Below are positions 28,760 through 37,766 of a stretch of 64,000 nt of DNA, piece by piece. The stretch comes from an uncultured virus (IMG/VR IMGVR_UViG_3300042731_007181) (taxonomy: Duplodnaviria; Heunggongvirae; Uroviricota; Caudoviricetes). Every line of letters starts with the position of its first letter. Position 1 is the stretch's first letter. The stretch is taken from IMG/VR virus record IMGVR_UViG_3300042731_007181; one strand, given 5' to 3'. The notes below the pieces were generated by a model. That model was given only the letters and a program-made list of their open reading frames with translations, was not told the DNA's origin and did no database searches. The position numbers and the translations under genes were made by a program.

Positions 28760-30027
28760 TATAATGTACCTGTTAGTCTATCACACCATCCTTTTGAAGT
28801 TGAATACGGCCAAACAACCCAATAAGCTGGTTTTTCAGTTATGTTAAATTGTCTCCAAACTTTACAATACCCATCAGGGTCATTCATCATTCGGTCAATT
28901 TCTGCTTTGTCAGCATCCTTTCTGTAAATAGTGTTATCTTCCTTATCGTGGAACGCAACAACCCAATATTCATAATCTTTTTCAGGTACTTGGTCGTAAC
29001 CAACGTCAATACAGTGTTTATAGATGGTAGCAAAACTCTCCAACCATTCTTCTTTAGATTCAAATGAATCAATACCAGGGTTAGGTGGATAGTTCTTATC
29101 CAAAGTGTATTGTTGTACACCTCTTTTACTAAATTTCAATCCTGAGAATTCTTCATATTCTTCCAAAGACCTTACAGGACCAAAACCGTATTTACCTTCG
29201 TGACCTTCTTGAGATTCACCGTCCATACCAAACAACTTTCTGTTTGTTAGGTGTGATGTGTTGTTTTTACTTACCCAATCTTTGTCATCATCCCATTGTT
29301 TTGTTCTACCTTTACGAGTGTATTCGTGCCAAATCAAGACTTTGTGTGGGTGGAACATATCATAACCCCATGTGAACGCTCTTGCCGCGATTGAAATCTC
29401 CTCACCGTGGAAATAGTATTCAGGGTTGTGTTGTACCTCTTCACTGAATTCACCTAAAGTGAAACAGAAGTGTGCTGAGTAGAATCTCGCAGGAACAGGT
29501 GTATCTAATTCTCTCCAGCCTGGAATAGTTTCAGGTAAAAAGAATACCGCTCCCTCAGGAATGAATCGGTCAAAGACCATTCTCCACGGTTCCTGAACTC
29601 TTGCACCAGGGTCATTGTCAGGGTCAAATGATGATACATAACCCGTCAACAAAGGCTTTGGAATACCCATACCTTGAAGTTGTTTTACCATCGCAATCAT
29701 CTCAACATCCCAATCCTTAGCGAATCTCATGTGTGAGTCAATCTGTAAGGTATACATCTCACCATCATACATCTGCTGAATCTGATGTCTCGCCCAACAT
29801 GCCCCCTTAGACTCTTCATAAGGAACATCTAAAATGCGGAATCTTTCATCATCACGGTACTTATCCAAATTATCAAATCCATCCTCAGGATGGTATTGTC
29901 TACAAATCCCTAATATAACATTTTGGGGACGTTTTGCGTTTTTTAACATATCTTCGATTGTTTTGACCAACTCAGGGTCACGATACGACGCAATCTGTAC
30001 GAAAATTTTCTGTGCTCTTCTTGCCAT
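28759..30027 (-). CDS. GT60-family UDP-GlcNAc:polypeptide/hydroxyproline alpha-GlcNAc transferase (Skp1 Gnt1-like)
   Basis: IFVQIASYRD, GACWAR, LQIDSHMRF, FYSAHFCF, FHGEEI and IWHEY; soluble, with no TM anchor. Confidence 0.88.
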   Translation of the reverse strand: MARRAQKIFVQIASYRDPELVKTIEDMLKNAKRPQNVILGICRQYHPEDGFDNLDKYRDDERFRILDVPYEESKGACWARHQIQQMYDGEMYTLQIDSHMRFAKDWDVEMIAMVKQLQGMGIPKPLLTGYVSSFDPDNDPGARVQEPWRMVFDRFIPEGAVFFLPETIPGWRELDTPVPARFYSAHFCFTLGEFSEEVQHNPEYYFHGEEISIAARAFTWGYDMFHPHKVLIWHEYTRKGRTKQWDDDKDWVSKNNTSHLTNRKLFGMDGESQEGHEGKYGFGPVRSLEEYEEFSGLKFSKRGVQQYTLDKNYPPNPGIDSFESKEEWLESFATIYKHCIDVGYDQVPEKDYEYWVVAFHDKEDNTIYRKDADKAEIDRMMNDPDGYCKVWRQFNITEKPAYWVVWPYSTSKGWCDRLTGTL

Positions 30028-30043
30028 AATTTTTAATGTTTGT

Positions 30044-30075
30044 ATTAAGAATAATCAAGAATTATTTAAGATAAA
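30044..30075 (-). promoter_or_regulatory. putative promoter of glyco operon TTTATC-16-TATTCT(TAAT)
   Basis: Same architecture as the 6237-6268 and 8053-8080 motifs. Confidence 0.4.
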
Positions 30076-30079
30076 GGGA

Positions 30080-30086
30080 TATTTAT
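30080..30086 (+). promoter_or_regulatory. putative late promoter TATTTAT (+ strand)
   Basis: 4 nt upstream of ATG 30091. Confidence 0.6.
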
Positions 30087-30090
30087 AGAT

Positions 30091-30264
30091 ATGAAACTAC
30101 TTAAAACAATAAAAAGATTAGTTAAAGAGTCAGAAGAAAACTTGGACCAAGCAATACAAAATAGTGCAACTCCAAAAGAAGTTAAGGCTCTTGAAGAAAG
30201 CTATACAGAATCGTTAAATCTACTTTCACTATACGAAAGTATTGAAAACGAAAAAGAGGACTAA
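30091..30264 (+). CDS. 57-aa acidic protein, possible head-internal protein; not in ORF track
   Basis: MKLLKTIKRLVKESEENLDQAIQNSATPKEVKALEESYTESLNLLSLYESIENEKED*; has its own TATTTAT motif and a downstream terminator. Confidence 0.7.
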   Translation: MKLLKTIKRLVKESEENLDQAIQNSATPKEVKALEESYTESLNLLSLYESIENEKED

Positions 30265-30282
30265 TTTCTTAATCCTCTTTTT
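30251..30282. terminator. bidirectional intrinsic terminator
   Basis: AAAAAGAGGA...TCCTCTTTTT inverted repeat between convergent genes. Confidence 0.7.
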
Positions 30283-30315
30283 GTCATTCTTTATATTTTA
30301 TTGGGTTTCTATTCT

Positions 30316-33042
30316 CTAATATTCAACCGTAATCTTTTCAATATCTTTTCTTTCCGCTTGGATGAAGTAGTAACAGTCAATCTTATTACTAAATAAGTTT
30401 CCATTCCCAATGTAAACAACATTATCTTCAATCTTTTTGACGTATAAGTTTTGGTGTGAACCTACTGAAGTTAATTGAACAGTAATACTATCAGGGTCAA
30501 CCAAATCTCTCCAATACTCAGGAAGTTCAATTTCTTTGTCATTCAATTGTCTACCTCTAATATAAACACCGTGTTCAGGTCCCTCAAGGTTACCATGCTT
30601 CAGCCTAATACCCTGTTCTTTCTTTTCAGGGTTAGGGTGTGGAATATCAAAGGCTTTTGATACTGCAGTTAAGTTACCTTGAGCATCAACTCTAAATACA
30701 GGTGCCTGACCTTGGTCATAACCTTCAACTAAGTTAGGTCCTCCACCATTAGCAAATAATTCCAACACGTTTTGGTAAGAATCGTCAGCTTCAATGAATA
30801 CCCTTGTAGTACTATTGGTAGTAGTAGTAGATTTGTAGAATTTAGTATCATCAGTACCTGTAGCACTAAACTGTAAATCTCTACCACCTTGACTTACTGT
30901 TCTCGTACCAGCTAAGGTACCATCTGTTGAGTATAGATTTGTATTCCCTGCAGATGTAATATAACCAGCATCATTGTTAAACCCACTAATATTAATATTT
31001 CCTTTAGTAAGTTTTTTCTGTGCGTTGACACTATCAACAACAACAAAGAAATCACCATCACCATTTGACGTTGACGTGGCTAACTCTGATAAATCAACAT
31101 TGACATTACTACCGTCAACATCGATAAGTGTACCCGCACCTACATTAAGTGTTACTGAACCACCTAAGGAAACCGCTCCCCCACCTGTCAAACCATTTCC
31201 ACCTGTCACTGTAAGTGATGAGTTGGCTAAAGACGCATTAGGTACATTAGATAAACCTAAGGTAATCGTACCTGATGAAGTTATTGGTGAACCACTATCT
31301 ACATCAATACCGTCAGTACCTGAAATTGCCACAGAAGTTACAGAACCCGAAGAGTTGGTAAACGGTAAATCTGAAACAAGACCTTTCTTAACATTATTGT
31401 CAGTAGCGTCGTGATAAATGATTGTATCAGTCAACGCAATATCAGTACCTTCTAAATTTGTTGCTGAGTCAATAAAGTTATCAGTACCCGCATAATCTAT
31501 AGATATTGTTCTTGTTGATGCTATTGTCCCACCACCAGTCAAACCTGTACCTGCAGAAATACTTACACTATCATGGTCCACGTTTCTTGAATTTGTGGTA
31601 TCCAATCCAACCGTGTCAGCAGCAACTGAAATACCTGTACCAGCACCTACATTGACTGTAACCGCCCCTGATGTACCACCACCCGTTAGACCGTTACCCG
31701 CCGTGACAGCAGTAATATCTCCAACATTTATTGAACCACCTAATGAGACTGCAGAACCATTAATAGTGATTGATGAGTTGGATAATGCTGAATTAGGTAT
31801 TGACGACCAAAAACCTGTAATATCTTGTGCCGATGAACCATCGTTTAACCCTAATGAAAGTGTACCACTTGTAAATGTACCACCAGTCACATAAGTATCT
31901 ACAGAACCACCAACTGTTAAATTAATAGTATCAGTTGTTGAATTACCTGAAATCACAACAGAACTATCAGATGATGTGAAGTTCAATGTACCACCTAATG
32001 GTACCACAGGGTCAGTACCTGAAGGTGCGTTAACAGTGAATGATGAATTGGCTAATTTAGCATTTGTTACATTCCCATCAGTAATTTTTGCCGTGGTCAC
32101 TGCATTTGTTGCTAATTCAGTTGAACCAACCGCACCTGATACGATTGAGGCATTCAGTGTGAAGTTAGCCGAACCATTGAACGATACATTACCTGAAAGG
32201 TCTGTACCTAAAGTCAATGTTCTTGAATTTGCCCAAGTGTCGGCAGTTGATGCGTTACCGTTAACATCACCTGTTAAATCACCAACAAACGCTGTAGAAG
32301 TTACCGATGTTAAACCTGCCAATGTTGTAGATGTACCACCTAATGAAATTGCCGTTGAACCAATCGTTACTGATGAATTTGCTAATGAACTATTCGGAAT
32401 ATTAGAAAGACCTAAAGTTATACTACCACTTGTTGTGATTGGTGAACCCGCATCTACATCAATACCGTCAGTACCTGTAATTCCAACAGAAGTTACTGTA
32501 CCACTATTGTTTGAGAATGGTAAGTCAGAAACAAATCCTTTCTTAACATTATTATCTGTCGCATCATGATAAACAATCGTATCACCTGCAGCTATTGAAG
32601 TACCCTCCAAATTTGTTGCTGAATCAATGAAGTTATTAGTACCTGCGTAATCGATAGATACACTATCGGCGGCAACACTAATACCCGTACCTGCACCTAC
32701 ATTGAGTGTCACAGAACCTGAAGTACCTCCACCTGTTAAACCGTTACCGGCAGAAACACCAGTGATGTCACCAACATTAATTGAACCACCTAATGAAACC
32801 GCGGTACCATTAATAGTGATTGATGAATTGTCCAATGATGCGTTTGGAATAGTAGAGAAAGAAAGTGCACCTGAACCATTTGTTAATAATACAGTATTCG
32901 CAGACCCATCAGATGTTGGGAAGGTATATGATTGATTAAATTGAATCACACCTCCCGTTGATATACTCATCTGAGTGGTTGCGTTTGTTTTCAGGAGTAA
33001 ACCTGAAGTACTACTATAATTAACACCGTTTAATGTTGCCAT
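30316..33042 (-). CDS. tail fibre protein with C-terminal chaperone-like domain
   Basis: AGNGLTGGG and AVTTAKI..NVTNAKLAN fibre repeats; C-terminal 'SKAFDIPHP...LKHGNLEGPEHGVYIRG...IELPEYW...ITVQLT'. Confidence 0.8.
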   Translation of the reverse strand: MATLNGVNYSSTSGLLLKTNATTQMSISTGGVIQFNQSYTFPTSDGSANTVLLTNGSGALSFSTIPNASLDNSSITINGTAVSLGGSINVGDITGVSAGNGLTGGGTSGSVTLNVGAGTGISVAADSVSIDYAGTNNFIDSATNLEGTSIAAGDTIVYHDATDNNVKKGFVSDLPFSNNSGTVTSVGITGTDGIDVDAGSPITTSGSITLGLSNIPNSSLANSSVTIGSTAISLGGTSTTLAGLTSVTSTAFVGDLTGDVNGNASTADTWANSRTLTLGTDLSGNVSFNGSANFTLNASIVSGAVGSTELATNAVTTAKITDGNVTNAKLANSSFTVNAPSGTDPVVPLGGTLNFTSSDSSVVISGNSTTDTINLTVGGSVDTYVTGGTFTSGTLSLGLNDGSSAQDITGFWSSIPNSALSNSSITINGSAVSLGGSINVGDITAVTAGNGLTGGGTSGAVTVNVGAGTGISVAADTVGLDTTNSRNVDHDSVSISAGTGLTGGGTIASTRTISIDYAGTDNFIDSATNLEGTDIALTDTIIYHDATDNNVKKGLVSDLPFTNSSGSVTSVAISGTDGIDVDSGSPITSSGTITLGLSNVPNASLANSSLTVTGGNGLTGGGAVSLGGSVTLNVGAGTLIDVDGSNVNVDLSELATSTSNGDGDFFVVVDSVNAQKKLTKGNINISGFNNDAGYITSAGNTNLYSTDGTLAGTRTVSQGGRDLQFSATGTDDTKFYKSTTTTNSTTRVFIEADDSYQNVLELFANGGGPNLVEGYDQGQAPVFRVDAQGNLTAVSKAFDIPHPNPEKKEQGIRLKHGNLEGPEHGVYIRGRQLNDKEIELPEYWRDLVDPDSITVQLTSVGSHQNLYVKKIEDNVVYIGNGNLFSNKIDCYYFIQAERKDIEKITVEY

Positions 33043-33077
33043 TTTATATTGTTCTTTCTCTTTTTATTTTTTGGCTA

Positions 33078-33099
33078 TGGGGGAGGGTTAACTCCCCCA
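33078..33099 (-). promoter_or_regulatory. GC-rich hairpin in 5' UTR
   Basis: TGGGGGAG-GGTTAA-CTCCCCCA lies between the TATTTAT motif and the ATG, with no U-tract. Confidence 0.55.
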
Positions 33100-33112
33100 A
33101 TCATATCTAATG

Positions 33113-33119
33113 ATAAATA
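33113..33119 (-). promoter_or_regulatory. putative late promoter TATTTAT
   Basis: Intergenic, upstream of the fibre gene starting at 33042. Confidence 0.6.
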
Positions 33120-33146
33120 CTTTTCAAATAATTTATAGTGTATAAA

Positions 33147-36020
33147 TTAGATTACTTGTACCCATCCGAATGATTTATTAATGTACACACCTTCGTCACC
33201 GTCAGTTTGATATACCATCAAACCTGTTGCTGGTGAACCGATTGCATTTCTTTGGTCTTCTGTCATCCTTGGGAATAAGAAACCTTTCGTTGTTGAAGCA
33301 ACCTCTAAGACTGCCGTAGCATCAGGTGCAGCTACCCCAACACCGACAGCACTTTGTGAATTATCAACCGAAAGTACTGTACCATCTACTGTAAAGTCAC
33401 CACCTGAGAACGCTAATGAATTACCACTCTGAGTAACTGTTCTGTTACCTGATAAAGTACCATTAGTGTTGAAGATGTTTGTGTTTACAGAAGCACCGAC
33501 TGTAATATCAATAGTATTTGAACCAGTACCGTTGATTGTTACAGAAGAATCTGAAGACGAGAATGTTAATGTGTCTGAGTTAGAACCAGCCACTGGGTCT
33601 GTACCTGTAGGTAAGTCAATAGTCTTGAAGATATTCTGTGAAGAACCTAAATCAGTGTTAGCAATTGTAAAGTTAGGGTAAGTTCCCGTTGCCGAGATAC
33701 CTGAACCACTTGTCAATACAACTGTCTTATCCCATTTGTTTGAACCTGAACCTTCAGAAATATCATCAGTATCAAGAACAACAACACCTGTTTGACCGTT
33801 AACCGATTCAACAGCATCGTCACCATCTACTCTCTGCCATACCGCTCCATCATAGATTACAAGGTCACCAACTGTGAATGTAATGTTACCACTACCCAAG
33901 TTTTGTGTACCACCTGTTGCCACACGGTACGCATCACCAGCATCACCTGTACCATCAGCTAATGTTGGAGAGTTAGTAGCTGCATTCCAACTACCTTTAT
34001 ATTCAAATACTGAAGATGGTAATTGAGATGTTGGTACTTTACCGTTAGCGTCAAGAGAAGCGTAACCGTTATTTGCACCTTTTTCTGATTTGAACTGTAC
34101 TGTAGCAGTATCAAGACTAACTGTCATTGTATCAGTGTTAGTACCAACAAAGTCAATACCTGAACCACCGACAAAGTTCATAGTATCACCCAAACTAATT
34201 GTTTGGTTAACACCTGAATCACCTGCCAAGATAATCGCTGAATTCGTCAATGAACCATTACCAATGTTAGTAATCGTATTGTTCGAACCTGAGATAGTTT
34301 TGTTTGTTAATGTTTGAGAACCACTCAAAGTTGCAACTGTATTATCAATTGCAATTGTCACTGTACCTGCTGATTCAGTAGCATCAATACCTGTACTACC
34401 GTTAAAAGTAAGTGTTTCACCTAAAGCCACTGGACTCTCATTTGAACCATCACTTACAGTGAATGTTGAATTCGCTAATTTAGCGTTTGTTACGTTAGCG
34501 TCAGCAATCTTAGCTGTTGTTACCGCCGAGTTAGCCAATTCTGTAGTACCTACTGAACCCGCTACGATACTCGCATTCAATGTAACATCACCTGAACCAT
34601 CAATTGACACAGAACCTGAAAGGTCAGTACCTAAATCAATCGTTCTTGCTGTTGCCCATGAAGATGCAGTATCAGCGTTACCTGTAACATTACCTGTTAA
34701 GTTACCAACAAATGCAGTAGATGTAACCGAAGTTAAACCAGCTACAGTACCAACAGTATCACCTAATTCGATTACTGTTGAACCTAAAGTGAATCCTTGA
34801 TTAACTAAAGCAGTGTTAGGGATATCCGTCCAAATATCACCTACAGTGAAAGTGTTATTAGCATTATTCGTAAATGTAATAGTTCCTGTAGAGAAAGTAC
34901 CACCTGTAACGAATGTATCAACACCAGCACCTACTGTAATATCAATAGTACCTGTTCCTGAGTTACCTGTAATATCTACAGAACTATCAGAAGAAGTTAA
35001 ATTCAATGTACCACCTAAAGACACTACAGGGTCAGTCCCTGCAGGAGCATTAATTGTTAATGATGAATTTGCAAGTTTCGCGTTTGTTACGTTAGAGTCA
35101 GCAATCTTAGCTGTTGTTACAGCCGAGTCTGCCAATTCTGCAGTATCAACAACACCCGCATCAATCGAAGCAATCAAAGCAACGTTACCTGTACCATCAA
35201 AGTTAATACCTGATGCAGTAATGTCACCTGAGATTGAGAACGACCTTGCGTTTGCTAAAGCAGTTGCACTATCAGCGTTACCTGTAACATTACCTGTTAA
35301 GTTACCTGAGAATGCCGTAGATGAAACTGATGTTAAACCTGCCAATGTAGTTGATGAAGTACCTAAATCAATTTCAGTTGTACCAACCGTTACACTGTCA
35401 TTTACTAATGCTGTATTTGGAATAGAAGTCCAAATACCATTAATAGCAACTGTACCACCATCGTTTCTTGTTAAGGTAGCAGTACCATTAGAGAATGTTG
35501 CACCTGTAACAAATGTGTCGTCACCGTCAATACCTGTAATAGTAATATCTGATTCCAAACCACCGTTTATACTTAATGTGATTGTACCGTTAGAGTACGA
35601 ACCACTCGTAATGAAAGGTAAATCAATTGGTGAAGAACCAATCGTACCTGTACCTGCCAATGCAATGTCCCATGCATTGTTGTATGTCACCGCCGTTACC
35701 GCTTGAACTGTTAAGTTAGAGGTATCTCCATCAACATCTGTTAAAGTAACAACGTTATTTGAAATTGAACCACCAACTAACACATCGCTGCGATAAGACA
35801 CGACACCATTTGCGTTAGTCGCTAAGATACGTCCATCCGTACCTGACGCTAACCCTCTTACTCTCAATGGAGTAGAAGTAGAACCAGAAATATCAACCAA
35901 GTTTGTTGGTGATAAAACACCGAAACCGTGATTACCGTTTGCATCAATAACTTCTCTTTTCGTGCTATTGGTAGTAAACGTTAACGTATTCCCAGAACTA
36001 TAATTTAATCCGTTTGCCAT
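33147..36020 (-). CDS. tail fibre protein
   Basis: LTGNVTGNADSA, AVTTAKIAD, QTLTNKTI, KGANNGYASLDANGKVP, YKGSWNA and VESVNGQTG motifs; C-terminal KGFLFPRMT...GLMVYQTD. Confidence 0.8.
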   Translation of the reverse strand: MANGLNYSSGNTLTFTTNSTKREVIDANGNHGFGVLSPTNLVDISGSTSTPLRVRGLASGTDGRILATNANGVVSYRSDVLVGGSISNNVVTLTDVDGDTSNLTVQAVTAVTYNNAWDIALAGTGTIGSSPIDLPFITSGSYSNGTITLSINGGLESDITITGIDGDDTFVTGATFSNGTATLTRNDGGTVAINGIWTSIPNTALVNDSVTVGTTEIDLGTSSTTLAGLTSVSSTAFSGNLTGNVTGNADSATALANARSFSISGDITASGINFDGTGNVALIASIDAGVVDTAELADSAVTTAKIADSNVTNAKLANSSLTINAPAGTDPVVSLGGTLNLTSSDSSVDITGNSGTGTIDITVGAGVDTFVTGGTFSTGTITFTNNANNTFTVGDIWTDIPNTALVNQGFTLGSTVIELGDTVGTVAGLTSVTSTAFVGNLTGNVTGNADTASSWATARTIDLGTDLSGSVSIDGSGDVTLNASIVAGSVGTTELANSAVTTAKIADANVTNAKLANSTFTVSDGSNESPVALGETLTFNGSTGIDATESAGTVTIAIDNTVATLSGSQTLTNKTISGSNNTITNIGNGSLTNSAIILAGDSGVNQTISLGDTMNFVGGSGIDFVGTNTDTMTVSLDTATVQFKSEKGANNGYASLDANGKVPTSQLPSSVFEYKGSWNAATNSPTLADGTGDAGDAYRVATGGTQNLGSGNITFTVGDLVIYDGAVWQRVDGDDAVESVNGQTGVVVLDTDDISEGSGSNKWDKTVVLTSGSGISATGTYPNFTIANTDLGSSQNIFKTIDLPTGTDPVAGSNSDTLTFSSSDSSVTINGTGSNTIDITVGASVNTNIFNTNGTLSGNRTVTQSGNSLAFSGGDFTVDGTVLSVDNSQSAVGVGVAAPDATAVLEVASTTKGFLFPRMTEDQRNAIGSPATGLMVYQTDGDEGVYINKSFGWVQVI

Positions 36021-36064
36021 TGTCTTAAATTTTTTGTTAGTTTATGTTTAACCCTTAAAAAGGC

Positions 36065-37738
36065 TTATAATACATTCACCCACCCTAAAGACTTATACAT
36101 GTACATACCTTCTTCACCGTTTGCGTCGGTATCTGTACAGTAAACTAAAAGTCCTGGTAGTGGTGAGTTTATTGCTAATCTTTGTACCTGAGTCATCCTT
36201 GGTATCAGAAGACCTTGATTGGTACTCGCTAATTCTAATAAAGCACATACAGGTGTTGTCGTACCAGTACCCATAGATACTGAACCACCACTGAATGTGA
36301 CACTGTTTGAGTTTTGGTCAATAACTCTATTACCATCCAACTGACCGTCTGTGTTGTAGATATTGTCAGAAGAGAATGTAATCCCTGTAATACTAACAGA
36401 ACCATTAGTATTATCATTTAATGTAATCGTACCGTTTGAATAGGTACCACCCGTGATTTCAGGTGCAAAGCCTGTAACATTAAATACAGTACTGTCACTC
36501 ATACCCAAAGTAAGAGTTGTTGGTGTGTACGTAGCACCAGTCAAGTAGGTATCATCACCATCAATACCTGTGATTGATATACTACTTTCTAAACCACCAT
36601 TAACACCTAAAGTAATTGTTCCATTTGAGTAAGTACCACCTGTAATAAATGGTAACTCAGTCCCTAAGTAAATCAAAGTACCTGAAGTGGTACCTGTTAA
36701 TCCCCAATTGTTATATCCCAATCCTGTGATTGCATCAATACCAATTAGAGTGGCATTTCCAGCGTTATCGGTAACCGTTAAATTATTATTATTCTCAGTA
36801 ATTGTCTTAACATATGACCAACCTCCAGCACCTACGTTCTGACCATCGTTTCTACCCAATGTTAGGATACCTGTTGATTCTGTATATGTCGCACCAGTGA
36901 TGTAAGTATCAGAGTTTACAGTGGTAAAACCTGAAACCGATACACTTGAACCTAAATTGTCCGATAATGTAAGTGTTGAACCCACTAAGGTGGCACCTGT
37001 AATAGATGTCAGACCAGTAATATCAACATTACTATCATTATTTAGACTTAACCTTAAACGACCTTCTGAGTTATACGTAACCGTACCCCCTGTAATGTAT
37101 GTATCTGTACCACCACCGGATGTAAAACCAGTTATGTTGATAGTACCCCCCGTATTGTTATTTAAGGCTAATGTTCCTGTCTCTGAAGTGTAAGTACCAC
37201 CTGTAATTTGCCAGTCAGTACCCCAGAATACTCTCCAACGTGCGTTGTTTCTCGTTACACCACTAACACCTTCAACAGAGTCATCTAACCATGCGTTGAT
37301 AAAGTCTACACCACCTGGTGTTGAGGTGGTAACGTTTGTACCGTAAGTAGTTTCTGTAGTAGAACCTGAGGCAGCATTCCAAAGAGTTTCGTAATTAGGA
37401 ATTGTGTATTGGTATGTACGTTCTGTTTCGTGTACATATACCAACATCCCCAACCTTCTACGTCCTGATGAAATATTATCAGAATTAAGGGTTAACGTAT
37501 CAGGTAAGAAAGGTAAAGTTCTCTTAGAATAGTTTACAGGAATAGTATTACCTGTAAATTCAATAAGACCTGTATCACCTGAAGGAACCACAAATGCAAG
37601 GTCATCCAAAGTATAGACTTCCATATAACCCCCCGTCTGAAGGACACTAAAATTAGTACCGAAAACTTTTTCTCTTCCTACTGAATTAGTACCTGTTAAC
37701 AATGTTGCACTAATCGGGTTTTTATATATGAAACTCAT
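36065..37738 (-). CDS. fibre-like virion protein
   Basis: RRLGMLVYV N-terminal domain and DTYITGxT repeats; C-terminal QGLLIPRMT...GLLVYCTD is shared with the next gene. Confidence 0.7.
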   Translation of the reverse strand: MSFIYKNPISATLLTGTNSVGREKVFGTNFSVLQTGGYMEVYTLDDLAFVVPSGDTGLIEFTGNTIPVNYSKRTLPFLPDTLTLNSDNISSGRRRLGMLVYVHETERTYQYTIPNYETLWNAASGSTTETTYGTNVTTSTPGGVDFINAWLDDSVEGVSGVTRNNARWRVFWGTDWQITGGTYTSETGTLALNNNTGGTINITGFTSGGGTDTYITGGTVTYNSEGRLRLSLNNDSNVDITGLTSITGATLVGSTLTLSDNLGSSVSVSGFTTVNSDTYITGATYTESTGILTLGRNDGQNVGAGGWSYVKTITENNNNLTVTDNAGNATLIGIDAITGLGYNNWGLTGTTSGTLIYLGTELPFITGGTYSNGTITLGVNGGLESSISITGIDGDDTYLTGATYTPTTLTLGMSDSTVFNVTGFAPEITGGTYSNGTITLNDNTNGSVSITGITFSSDNIYNTDGQLDGNRVIDQNSNSVTFSGGSVSMGTGTTTPVCALLELASTNQGLLIPRMTQVQRLAINSPLPGLLVYCTDTDANGEEGMYMYKSLGWVNVL

Positions 37739-37755
37739 CTATCTTTTATTTAGTT

Positions 37756-37762
37756 ATAAATA
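37756..37762 (-). promoter_or_regulatory. putative late promoter TATTTAT
   Basis: 17 nt upstream of ATG 37738. Confidence 0.65.
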
Positions 37763-37766
37763 TCCA

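Noticed and set aside
30316..36020. Diversity-generating retroelement in fibre genes
   Set aside because: The duplications are in-frame coding modules without an evident adenine-only mismatch pattern, and no reverse transcriptase is in the window.
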